A stretch of DNA of 62,680 nucleotides, the filler included. It is 4 parts of 4 records of this genome, joined end to end, with 100 filler letters (N's around TTAATTAATTAA, not from the genome) between each part and the next. Parts side by side here need not be neighbours in the genome. Positions count along the whole stretch, not along the records: positions 1 to 30,010 come from SRR20825006_719; 3 more parts are not named here. One strand, given 5' to 3'. Position 1 is the first letter of the stretch. Every line of letters begins with the position of its first letter. The position numbers and the translations under genes are program-made. Positions 1 to 8,783 of this stretch are shown here, in pieces. The notes below the pieces were generated by a model. That model did no database searches and was not told the DNA's origin. It worked only from the letters and a program-made list of their open reading frames with translations.

Positions 1-420
1 AACCTGTTTGTATTTATACACATCTTTATCGAGGTGCATTTCTTTAATAACTGCGCGAATTACACTTTGTGAATCTTGCGTATCATAAATTGTGAAGTTG
101 GAAGGATACCCAAGTTTATCAGCTTCAAACCGAAGTATTTTCGCAAAAATACTATGAAAAGTTCCCATCCAGAGATTCTTGGCTTCACTCGTACCCACAA
201 TTTGTGAGATACGTTTTTTCATTTCCCTTGCAGCCTTGTTGGTAAAGGTTAGCGATAAAATATTGAAAGGATCTACCCCTTGCGACATCAAATACGCAAT
301 TCGAAAAGTTAGCACGCGTGTTTTCCCAGAACCTGCGCCAGCAATAACGATCATTGCCCCGTCTTTTTGCAGTACGGGTGCGCGTTGGGCTTCATTAAGT
401 TGTTCTAAATAATTTTCCAA
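1..420 (-). CDS. pcrA: ATP-dependent DNA helicase PcrA/UvrD, N-terminal part (runs off window start)
   Basis: Manual minus-strand translation from TTG at 420: MENYLEQLNEAQRAPV...IAGAGSGKTRVLT (Walker A)...LTFTNKAAREMK...GTFHS. Not in the ORF track. Confidence 0.93.
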   Translation of the reverse strand, partial: MENYLEQLNEAQRAPVLQKDGAMIVIAGAGSGKTRVLTFRIAYLMSQGVDPFNILSLTFTNKAAREMKKRISQIVGTSEAKNLWMGTFHSIFAKILRFEADKLGYPSNFTIYDTQDSQSVIRAVIKEMHLDKDVYKYKQV

Positions 421-567
421 AACTTCATTTTCTTCAAGCTGTGAAAATAGCCATAATGATAGAAACAAGGAAAGAGATTTCTATGAAAATTATAAACAAT
501 GATTTACTTCGGCTATATTCTTTTAAAAACAGTTTTATTTTAAATACCTTTATAAAAATTTGATTAA

Positions 568-2184
568 ATGAACGAAATTTTATCTTTCTTAGGACAGGTT
601 CCATGGTGGGTCTGGGTACTTTTAGTGCTATTTCTTGTTGCCATTCGCGACGTTTTTTTCAATAAACATCATACTATAAGTCATAACTTCCCAATAATCG
701 GTCATATTAGGTATATGCTTGAAGGTATTGGGCCAGAAATTCGGCAATATATAGTTGCTAATAATCGCGAAGAGCTTCCTTTTAACCGAATAGAACGCGG
801 CTGGATTTATGCTTCTGCAAAGAATGAAAATAATTATGAAGGTTTTGGTACAGACCGTGATATTTATGAGCCTAATTATATATTTATAAACAACTCATTA
901 CTTCCATTTAAGGTAGAAAAAGAAAATCCAAATTATAAAAATCCTTATTTTTTGCCCTGCGCAAAGTTAATGGGTGAATTTCATAAACGTCGCCGTCCAT
1001 ATCGTCCTACGTCGGTAATCAATGTATCTGCAATGAGTTTTGGATCGCTTTCTGCTAGAGCGGTAGAATCTTTAAACAAAGGTTGCGGACTTGCTTATTG
1101 CTATCATAACACAGGGGAAGGCGGACTTTCGCCATATCACAAAACAGGTGCAGATGTTGTTTTTCACTTTGGAACAGGCTACTTCGGTGTTCGGGATGAA
1201 TATGGAAACTTTTCAATGGAAAAAATGATAAAGCTTGTAAATGAAAATCCACAAGTAAGAGCTATTGAAGTAAAACTTTCTCAAGGCGCAAAACCAGGTA
1301 AAGGTGGTGTGCTTCCAGGGGCAAAAATAACCCAAGAGATTGCTGAAATAAGGCATGTACCATTAGGAAAAGATGTGCTTTCTCCACCAACCCATTCTGC
1401 ATTTCAGGGGGTTCAAGGTTTAGTTGAATTTGTAGAAAGTATTGCTGAAGCAACTGGGCTACCCGTTGGAATTAAATCTGCTGTTGGCCGTTTAAATGAA
1501 TGGGAACATTTGGCAAAAATAATGAAAGAAACCGGTAAAGGCCCTGACTTTATAACCATTGACGGAGGTGAAGGTGGAACGGGTGCATCACCACCAAGTT
1601 TTGCAGATCATGTTTCTTTACCATGGCTTTTTGGATTTGCTGAAGTATATAAAATATTCAAAAAACACGATATCTGCGAGCAAATTGTTTTTATTGGAAG
1701 TGGAAAATTAGGCTTCCCAGCAAGAGCAGCAATGGCATTCTCCATGGGTGCAGATTTGGTAAATGTTGCTCGGGAGGCAATGATGAGCATTGGGTGTATA
1801 CAGGCACAACAATGTCATACTAACAAATGTCCAAGCGGCGTAGCAACTCAAAATAAATGGTTGCAACGCGGTATTAATATTGAAGACAAATCTGTACGGG
1901 CGCATTTCTATTTCAAAAACTTTAGAAAAGAGCTTTTAGAAATGACACATGCATGTGGATATGAACACCCATGTCAATTTACCATGGAAGATGTAGATTT
2001 AACTGTTGGGGATAAAAACCTAATTAGCACACTTTCTCAAACTTTTATGTATCACAAATGTGATGTCCCTTTTAAAAGTATGAAGCAATTATCTGAATGC
2101 GAACATTTAGGTGGAAATTTTCATCAAAAAGAAGCTAAAAAAGAAGTAAAAGCAATGAAGAAAGAAAATATGGTGCGGTATTAA
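568..2184 (+). CDS. FMN-binding glutamate synthase family protein
   Basis: SAMSFGSLS, NTGEGG, KLSQGAKPGKGGVLP, DGGEGGTGA and CIQAQQCHTNKCPSG Fe-S motif; N-terminal TM helix. Confidence 0.92.
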   Translation: MNEILSFLGQVPWWVWVLLVLFLVAIRDVFFNKHHTISHNFPIIGHIRYMLEGIGPEIRQYIVANNREELPFNRIERGWIYASAKNENNYEGFGTDRDIYEPNYIFINNSLLPFKVEKENPNYKNPYFLPCAKLMGEFHKRRRPYRPTSVINVSAMSFGSLSARAVESLNKGCGLAYCYHNTGEGGLSPYHKTGADVVFHFGTGYFGVRDEYGNFSMEKMIKLVNENPQVRAIEVKLSQGAKPGKGGVLPGAKITQEIAEIRHVPLGKDVLSPPTHSAFQGVQGLVEFVESIAEATGLPVGIKSAVGRLNEWEHLAKIMKETGKGPDFITIDGGEGGTGASPPSFADHVSLPWLFGFAEVYKIFKKHDICEQIVFIGSGKLGFPARAAMAFSMGADLVNVAREAMMSIGCIQAQQCHTNKCPSGVATQNKWLQRGINIEDKSVRAHFYFKNFRKELLEMTHACGYEHPCQFTMEDVDLTVGDKNLISTLSQTFMYHKCDVPFKSMKQLSECEHLGGNFHQKEAKKEVKAMKKENMVRY

Positions 2185-2253
2185 TTTTCATATTAAACAT
2201 CCTTGCTCATATTTCAAAAACACATTAAATTTGTTAGCTTTTAAAAAAAATAC

Positions 2254-2778
2254 ATGGAAGAAACAACACTCGTTATAAGTTATGTAGCCTATTTATTACC
2301 TGCAATTGTTGTTGGTTTAGTTGCCTATTTTTTCTTTAAGGGGCATACTGCAAATGAAGAAGGCCGACGTAGGTATCTAGTTCAAAAAGAGGCGCAAAAA
2401 CAAGTATTACCGCTTCGACTGCAAGCTTATGAACGCATTACACTTTTATTGGAACGGATAGACCCAAACAAATTATTGGTGCGCGTAAAACCTTTTTCAG
2501 ATTCTAAAGATGATTATGAAAACTTATTAGTGAAAAATATTGAGCAAGAATTTGAACACAATCTTACGCAACAAATTTATGTTACCCCTGAATGCTGGAA
2601 CGTAGTTAATGCTGCGAAAAATGCTACAATTCACGTTATCCGTCAAGGGGCTATGCATGAAAAGGAGGGAAATGTAGATAAAATGCGAGAATGGCTATTA
2701 CAAAACTTTATTGAAGAAGTTACGCCTTCCCAAAAAGCGATGGGGTATATAAAAAAGGAAGTTAGTGAGCTTTTTTAA
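2254..2778 (+). CDS. conserved hypothetical membrane-anchored protein (Bacteroidota)
   Basis: N-terminal TM, LRLQAYER and EFEHNLTQQIYV motifs; TAAATTTG promoter-like box upstream. Confidence 0.75.
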   Translation: MEETTLVISYVAYLLPAIVVGLVAYFFFKGHTANEEGRRRYLVQKEAQKQVLPLRLQAYERITLLLERIDPNKLLVRVKPFSDSKDDYENLLVKNIEQEFEHNLTQQIYVTPECWNVVNAAKNATIHVIRQGAMHEKEGNVDKMREWLLQNFIEEVTPSQKAMGYIKKEVSELF

Positions 2779-2793
2779 AAGCAAAATGTTTCA

Positions 2794-3426
2794 TTAGGGC
2801 GTAAAAAGGTTATGGTGAATTGCAAATAACACAAGACCAATTCTGTTTCTTATACCGAGTTTTCTATATAAGGAGTCCCTATATCCTTCTACAGTTTTAT
2901 AACTACAATGCATAGCTACAGCAATTTCTTTATAATGCATATCCGAACAAGCTAGCTTAATAAACTCATACTCTTTGGGCTTAATATCAGTATCAATATC
3001 TTTATCTAAGGACTCCACAAGTATTTGTGATACTGTATTAGTATAATACTGCCCGTTTTTAACAACACTTATTAAAGCTTCTTCAAGTATATCTTTTTTA
3101 GTGTCTTTTAACAAATATCCTTTGGCCCCAGCACGAAGCATTTTTAATATGGTGTATTCATCTTCTTCAATGGAGAGCGCAAGTACTTTTATATTAGGAA
3201 ATTTATTTTTTAGTATTTCTGTAGTTTCTATTCCGTTAAGAATTGGCATTTTAATATCCATTAAAACTAAATCTGGAATATTGTCAGAATCTTTAAGTTT
3301 TTCCAACAACTCACTGCCGTTGCTGCATAAATAAAGCACTTTAAAATTATTAAAATCCTGCACTAGCCCCCCAATTGCTTGAGAAAGTAAAAAATGATCA
3401 TCAACAACGACTACAGAATATTTCAT
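2794..3426 (-). CDS. NarL/LuxR-family response regulator
   Basis: REC domain (VVDDH, LMDIKMP, GYLLK) plus C-terminal LuxR HTH (YKEIA...KTVEGYRDSLYRKL). Confidence 0.95.
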   Translation of the reverse strand: MKYSVVVVDDHFLLSQAIGGLVQDFNNFKVLYLCSNGSELLEKLKDSDNIPDLVLMDIKMPILNGIETTEILKNKFPNIKVLALSIEEDEYTILKMLRAGAKGYLLKDTKKDILEEALISVVKNGQYYTNTVSQILVESLDKDIDTDIKPKEYEFIKLACSDMHYKEIAVAMHCSYKTVEGYRDSLYRKLGIRNRIGLVLFAIHHNLFTP

Positions 3427-3462
3427 TTTATGATTTAATTAAAAATATTAATTTCAAATATA

Positions 3463-4215
3463 TTAAGTAAAATTATAATCTAGATAAAGCGCAGTTCCTT
3501 TATCCTTTATAGAATCTATTTTTAATGTTGAGTGAATAAGTTTTGCTCGGGTTTCCATATTTTTTAATCCAATACCCATAAAGTTATCAATTTTTTCAAA
3601 TCCAATGCCATCATCTTTGGCTGTAATTTTCAATTCATTATTAGAATAATTAAGTATTACCTTTAAGGATGATGCTTTTGAATGTTTTATTGTATTTGAA
3701 AAAAACTCTTGTAATATTCTAAAGATTATAACTTGTATATTACTTTCTACCGGTATTACATCTCCTTCAATTATTAATTCTGCTTTAATAAATTTCAATC
3801 TATTGAAACGTTCTATTTCTAAAGAAACGGCTTCTTTCAAGCTAAGGCTTTTAAGAGCTTCCGGGTTAATTAGTTTTGAAAGCGCTCTTAATTCATTAAT
3901 CCCAGAACCTATTGTTTTTGATACTTCGGTCATTAATTCGGGTTTTTCAAGCGCCATTTGGGATTGTATTTTGGCCAAGGTCATTATTTGACCAATATTA
4001 TCGTGTAATTCCCAACTAATATTTCGAAGTGTCTCTTCGCGTATCTCTATTTGTGATTCAGCTAGTTCACGATCAAAAACCTTTTTGGCTTCAGCCTGTT
4101 CTCGAAGCAATCGATTTTTTCTACTAGAAAAAACACTAAACAAAACGATAACAATAATAACCAATGATACTGGAATGGCTATTGCTGCTATTATTATAAT
4201 CTCTTTTTCATCCAT
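3463..4215 (-). CDS. sensor histidine kinase (HisKA_3 type) with a single TM helix and no sensor domain
   Basis: H-box ELHDNIGQ, N-box QEFFSNTIKHS, DDGIGF, GIGLKNM; one hydrophobic N-terminal helix. Confidence 0.93.
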   Translation of the reverse strand: MDEKEIIIIAAIAIPVSLVIIVIVLFSVFSSRKNRLLREQAEAKKVFDRELAESQIEIREETLRNISWELHDNIGQIMTLAKIQSQMALEKPELMTEVSKTIGSGINELRALSKLINPEALKSLSLKEAVSLEIERFNRLKFIKAELIIEGDVIPVESNIQVIIFRILQEFFSNTIKHSKASSLKVILNYSNNELKITAKDDGIGFEKIDNFMGIGLKNMETRAKLIHSTLKIDSIKDKGTALYLDYNFT

Positions 4216-4844
4216 AAAAACCCTGTCAGGAAAAATAAATACATCAATATAATTAAGGAAAACTGAATGATCAGTAAAATTTCAAAAAAACTATCTGGTT
4301 TGTAAAACCAAGTTTTTATAATTTTAATTGGAATATACCCAATGTAAAATAGAAAAAGACCAACACTAATCCAAAACAAAAGATCATTTTTCACTACTAA
4401 AACCAAGGATGATTGCAGGATACTTATATAATACAAAATGATGCATATTATAAGCATTCCTGCTCCCACAATATATGTTATTATAAAAGACTCATTAAGA
4501 ATATTTGAAAAAATAACATCTCCTAAAAAAACAAGCCAAAATAGCCCAAGGCTTATTTTTATACATTTTTTAAAAGCCAGAACATCAATTACTTTCATAA
4601 AAACATAAAAGAAAAATGAAAAGTAAGTTAAGTAATAAAAATTATAAACTATAAAAATAATATCACGATGACCAAATTTAAGTATCTGTCCTGCAAACTC
4701 AGTAGCAAGTGTAATAAATAGTATAATTGGCAAATGTTTTAAAGGCGTGTTTTTATACAACCGAAATCTAATTAACGCTATAACAAACACTATGACGTAA
4801 AGCGCCATAAAGGTATTTTCAAGTATGTTTAATGTTGTTTCCAA
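4194..4844 (-). CDS. hypothetical polytopic membrane protein (about 7 TM), putative receptor subunit
   Basis: 216 aa, almost entirely hydrophobic helices; overlaps the kinase start by 22 bp. Confidence 0.75.
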   Translation of the reverse strand: METTLNILENTFMALYVIVFVIALIRFRLYKNTPLKHLPIILFITLATEFAGQILKFGHRDIIFIVYNFYYLTYFSFFFYVFMKVIDVLAFKKCIKISLGLFWLVFLGDVIFSNILNESFIITYIVGAGMLIICIILYYISILQSSLVLVVKNDLLFWISVGLFLFYIGYIPIKIIKTWFYKPDSFFEILLIIQFSLIILMYLFFLTGFLWMKKRL

Positions 4845-4859
4845 GTAAAAATTTATAAC

Positions 4860-5537
4860 TTAATTATTCCCAAAGTCATCGTCACCTGGAGGTGGAATTA
4901 GTTGGCCGTCATTTATAATTAAACTTGTAGATTTTTGTACTGTACTGCTACTTGAAGTAAAAAAACCTGCTTCATTCATTTGATTTGATGAATCATCCGA
5001 TTCAGCATTTATGCTGTTAGCCTTTCCAGAATTTTTATTGATAGGTACAGCTACACTTTTCCCGTCCATATTTTCAATTGAAAACCCTACATTATTTCCT
5101 TCATAAGCCATTGTTGGAACTATGAAAAAACTATTTCGCCTTGGATATTTTACTATTTTTCCATCTGGAAATTTTTCGCTCGCTGGGTAAGTAGACATAT
5201 AAAAACGAAGCGTTTTTATATTAACTTTAGCGCCTTTTGCTTCATGTTCAATATATGCGATATATTGTTTTATTGTTTCTAAATCATATTCCGCGTAACG
5301 TGTAGGTAAGAATTTTTCAGCCTGCTTATCAATACTATCTTCAAATTTCTGAATAATAGGCACACGTCTTTCAGAATATGTTTCATACATGCTTTGTGCT
5401 TGTGCAACAGATATTATTTTGCCTTTTGGCGGACCGTCATACTGAGGTTCCACATGTGTATTTGTTTCTTGACAGCTAATGAATATTAAGTTGGCAAAAA
5501 TTAATACTAAAAATCGTTGGATCATTTTTGTTTTCAT
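4860..5537 (-). CDS. hypothetical lipoprotein with C-terminal NDGQLIPPP motif
   Basis: Start moved to ATG 5537 (MKTKMIQRFLVLIFANLIFISC): lipoprotein signal ending in lipobox Cys; 225 aa. Confidence 0.75.
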   Translation of the reverse strand: MKTKMIQRFLVLIFANLIFISCQETNTHVEPQYDGPPKGKIISVAQAQSMYETYSERRVPIIQKFEDSIDKQAEKFLPTRYAEYDLETIKQYIAYIEHEAKGAKVNIKTLRFYMSTYPASEKFPDGKIVKYPRRNSFFIVPTMAYEGNNVGFSIENMDGKSVAVPINKNSGKANSINAESDDSSNQMNEAGFFTSSSSTVQKSTSLIINDGQLIPPPGDDDFGNN

Positions 5538-5686
5538 AATATAGAGGTTTATGGTTAAGGTATAAATGTAACTACAAAAGCATTCACTTAAATGCAGGCA
5601 ATTTAGCCTTTGAAATGAATTCAAATCAAAGTTACTGATAATTAATAGATTAACTTTAAGGTCTATGTAAAATACAGGCAAAACAC

Positions 5687-5716
5687 TTAAAAAATGGGGG
5701 ATTCCCCCCTTTTTAA
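5687..5716. promoter_or_regulatory. palindrome TTAAAAAATGGGGG-ATT-CCCCCCTTTTTAA: patatin terminator and/or regulator-binding site
   Basis: Inverted repeat 12 bp downstream of the patatin stop and about 150 bp upstream of the lipoprotein start. Confidence 0.5.
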
Positions 5717-5728
5717 ATACATAAAGAT

Positions 5729-6643
5729 TTAGGCATCTTTTGTACGAACTTCGCTAAAATCTTCATTTTTTTGATGGGCATATATATAGCCACTTTCCCA
5801 CCATTTGCTCATCATTTCCTTATCAAAAATCAATGAATTTGTAGTTAAAACTGTAGGGGTATAATAAAGATTTATAATTGTGTTTTTATTTGCAGCTGCA
5901 AATTTACCAATTCGAATATTCTGTTTTTCAATGCGATCTGCCATATAATTGTGCATATTCGTAAGCAATGAAAAAACATTTTTTGAAGGTAGCCGATTGT
6001 AATACGTTACTTCAGTTTCCAGTACAATTACATCAACCGTTGTGGCGCCTCGGTTTATAGCCTCTTCAATAGGAACCATACTTCCAAAACCGCCATCGGC
6101 ATATTCACAACCTTCTTTTTTTACAAGACTCATAAAAGGCGTAAAGTTTGAAGAAATCCAAATCCAATCTAAAAAATCGTTGTACTCAAAATCATTGATA
6201 GATTTATATTCCACTTGACTCAATGAAAGGTTTGAAACCGTTACAACTACTTCCTTTTCTGAAGTTTTTAAGGCATTAAACTCATTTTCAGTAAACGTAT
6301 TTCCTATAAGTTTGCGCAAGTTTAGGCTTTCGCCAAAAGTTTTCTTCCCTTTAATAAAATTTTTAAGCACTGTTAAATGGTCAATCCCAATTTGTTTTCC
6401 ACCAAATTTATCTTCTTTTATTGTAAAGGGACAACTGCTAAAAATGCTCTTTTGGTTTACAGATGTAAAAATGTCTTTTATTTTTTCAACCTTATTAAGT
6501 GCCAAATGCGAAATAAGCAAACTCCCGGTGGAAGTTCCAACAAAAAGATCGTAATCATGGTGTAGCTGCTCCATTAAATACTGCGCCACACCTCCAGCAA
6601 ATGCGCCTTTACTTCCCCCGCCAGAAATTACCAACGCCCTCAT
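5729..6643 (-). CDS. patatin-like phospholipase
   Basis: GGGSKG, GTSTG nucleophile motif, DGG. Confidence 0.93.
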   Translation of the reverse strand: MRALVISGGGSKGAFAGGVAQYLMEQLHHDYDLFVGTSTGSLLISHLALNKVEKIKDIFTSVNQKSIFSSCPFTIKEDKFGGKQIGIDHLTVLKNFIKGKKTFGESLNLRKLIGNTFTENEFNALKTSEKEVVVTVSNLSLSQVEYKSINDFEYNDFLDWIWISSNFTPFMSLVKKEGCEYADGGFGSMVPIEEAINRGATTVDVIVLETEVTYYNRLPSKNVFSLLTNMHNYMADRIEKQNIRIGKFAAANKNTIINLYYTPTVLTTNSLIFDKEMMSKWWESGYIYAHQKNEDFSEVRTKDA

Positions 6644-8694
6644 TCTTTAACAATTAAATTTAAATAATTCGACGCTTTTTCTGAAAGTTGCCTCCCTAAA
6701 ACCTTCACTTGCTCGTAGTATTTTTGATTGCTAATTAAAGAATTTAAAAGTTCTTTTGAAGTCTTTGCAAATCGCCAAGTAGGATGAACACAGGCTTCCA
6801 CCAAATTTTTCATCGTTTCTAAATCCCATAATTGAAGCTCGTTTACATACTCAAACGCTTTTTCACGAATTTCAAAACTGTAATCTGTTGAAGTATAATT
6901 TTTTAATTCTTCCAAATACTTTTCCTTTTCAGTGGTTTTATAATTTTCAGTAATTAAAGCCAAAGCGAGCCATAGTTGACGAATATTTTTGTTCTGAAAA
7001 CCTTCAATTCCCTGAGTTTTGTTTAAATATTCACTTCTTTTTTCAGGAAATTGCATCCATAATTGATACAACGCAGCCTCTATTGTTACATAGGAATCGT
7101 CATTTAACAGACTTTCATATTCTGCTTGAAGTTCCTTCGGAATAGCTTGAAGCGAAAGTGCTACTGCCTGCCGAACATATAGATTATTACTTTCAAAAGC
7201 TTTTTTATATAGCGGAAGTACTTCTGAAATCGGTTCGTTTGCAAGTTGATAAACAGCTTCCTGCCCAATAAAATCGTTAGGAAAAGTTAATGCCGTTTTT
7301 AATTGATTTTTTTTGTCCTGCAACGCAGTGGCACGAAGTGCTGAAATTTCAAAATAGGTAGTAATGAAGGAAGATTTTAGCAAGGATTTATAGGCTTCTT
7401 CGGCTTTAAAAGCTGTTTGCAGCAACCAATCTTTTTCAAAGGTTTCAATATCAGCTTCTGAAACTGCTTTAACTTCATTCAAAAAATCATCTGTTGATAC
7501 ATTTTTAAATTTATATTTTTCCAAATAATTTTTGATGGCTGTTTTAAATGCTTCGTCCCCTATTCGTTCTCTTAAAATGTGAAGTGCCCAAGCTCCTTTT
7601 TGGTAAAAAGTGAGCGAACTCGCCTTCGGATTTAATAAGGATTCACCTTTTCCTTCATCGCTCATTGCTTTAAGTTGCTCTGCAGTTTGGTACAATTGCC
7701 AGTAATAATATTCTTCCCCAAAAATTTCTTTTTCGGCCAACAATGCGTAATAAGTTGCAAAACCTTCCTGTAGCCAATGGTCCTTATTTGCTGTTTCCGT
7801 AACCAAGTTGCCAAACCATTGGTGCGCAAGCTCGTGAGCGTTTACATTTACATAATTTCTATCTGCAAAACCTATAGAATCTACCATAAACGCTTCTGAA
7901 AAAAATGTAGCGGTTGTATTTTCCATTCCTGCATACAGAAAATCGCGAACTGGAACTTGCTTGTAATTTTGCCACGGATACGGTACGCCAATTTCACTTT
8001 CTAAAAAGTCGAAAATTTGTTTGCTATAGCGATAGGTAGGCTCAACTTTTAGTGAATCTTTTGGTTTATAATACAATTCTAATGGAATTCCAGAATTTGA
8101 AACGAGTTCTTTTCTATCAAAATCACCAATTGCGAAGGCTACCAAATAGCTAGGCATAGGTTGCTTCATATCAAAACGCCATGCATTAACTTCATGTACA
8201 TTCTGTATATCGATTAATTTTCCATTTGCAATTACAGCTTTATTTTTTGGAGATAGTATTAATAAATCAAACTCAATTTTATCGTTTACATCATCAATAC
8301 TTGGTAGCCAATGCGAAGTATATTTTCCCTGTCCTTGCGTCCAAATTTCATCTTTAAAGAAATAAAGGGTTTGTTTTGGTTTTATTTCGTACCAAAAATC
8401 AGCTTTATATGTCATTCCTTTTTCAAAACTTCCCACAAACCACAACTTTTTTTCATCTGAAGTTATCTTGAAATTTTTAGTTTCAACATTATTAATCTGA
8501 ATGTTTATTGCATCCATAAAAATAGAATCTGTGGCTTTTAAAACTTTAAAAGTGGTTAAAAATCGTCCTTCAACTTTTTCTTCAATTATATCTGTTCCAA
8601 CAGTTGCTTCAATCTTTAAAAAATCTACAACATCCGTCTGCTGTGCAAAAACAGTAAAACCCGAAAAAAGAAATGCAATGAGAAACTTGTGCAT
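6640..8694 (-). CDS. M1 family zinc aminopeptidase, secreted
   Basis: AGMEN, HELAHQW...E; start moved to MHKFLIAFLF (signal peptide), which avoids overlap with recG. Confidence 0.93.
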   Translation of the reverse strand: MHKFLIAFLFSGFTVFAQQTDVVDFLKIEATVGTDIIEEKVEGRFLTTFKVLKATDSIFMDAINIQINNVETKNFKITSDEKKLWFVGSFEKGMTYKADFWYEIKPKQTLYFFKDEIWTQGQGKYTSHWLPSIDDVNDKIEFDLLILSPKNKAVIANGKLIDIQNVHEVNAWRFDMKQPMPSYLVAFAIGDFDRKELVSNSGIPLELYYKPKDSLKVEPTYRYSKQIFDFLESEIGVPYPWQNYKQVPVRDFLYAGMENTTATFFSEAFMVDSIGFADRNYVNVNAHELAHQWFGNLVTETANKDHWLQEGFATYYALLAEKEIFGEEYYYWQLYQTAEQLKAMSDEGKGESLLNPKASSLTFYQKGAWALHILRERIGDEAFKTAIKNYLEKYKFKNVSTDDFLNEVKAVSEADIETFEKDWLLQTAFKAEEAYKSLLKSSFITTYFEISALRATALQDKKNQLKTALTFPNDFIGQEAVYQLANEPISEVLPLYKKAFESNNLYVRQAVALSLQAIPKELQAEYESLLNDDSYVTIEAALYQLWMQFPEKRSEYLNKTQGIEGFQNKNIRQLWLALALITENYKTTEKEKYLEELKNYTSTDYSFEIREKAFEYVNELQLWDLETMKNLVEACVHPTWRFAKTSKELLNSLISNQKYYEQVKVLGRQLSEKASNYLNLIVKE

Positions 8695-8783
8695 TAGTAT
8701 AAATGGCGATTTAATTAATGAAAGCAAATTACAAATTTTCAACCAATGCTTCCTGCTCGCAACCAAATTTGTATTTTCGTTTT

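Noticed and set aside
179-412. 77-aa plus-strand ORF
   Set aside because: Antisense shadow of the pcrA N-terminus on the minus strand.
5729-6643. Patatin as a CBASS-type defence effector (likewise MazG at 26855-27628)
   Set aside because: No cyclase or other defence genes nearby; both sit in housekeeping contexts.
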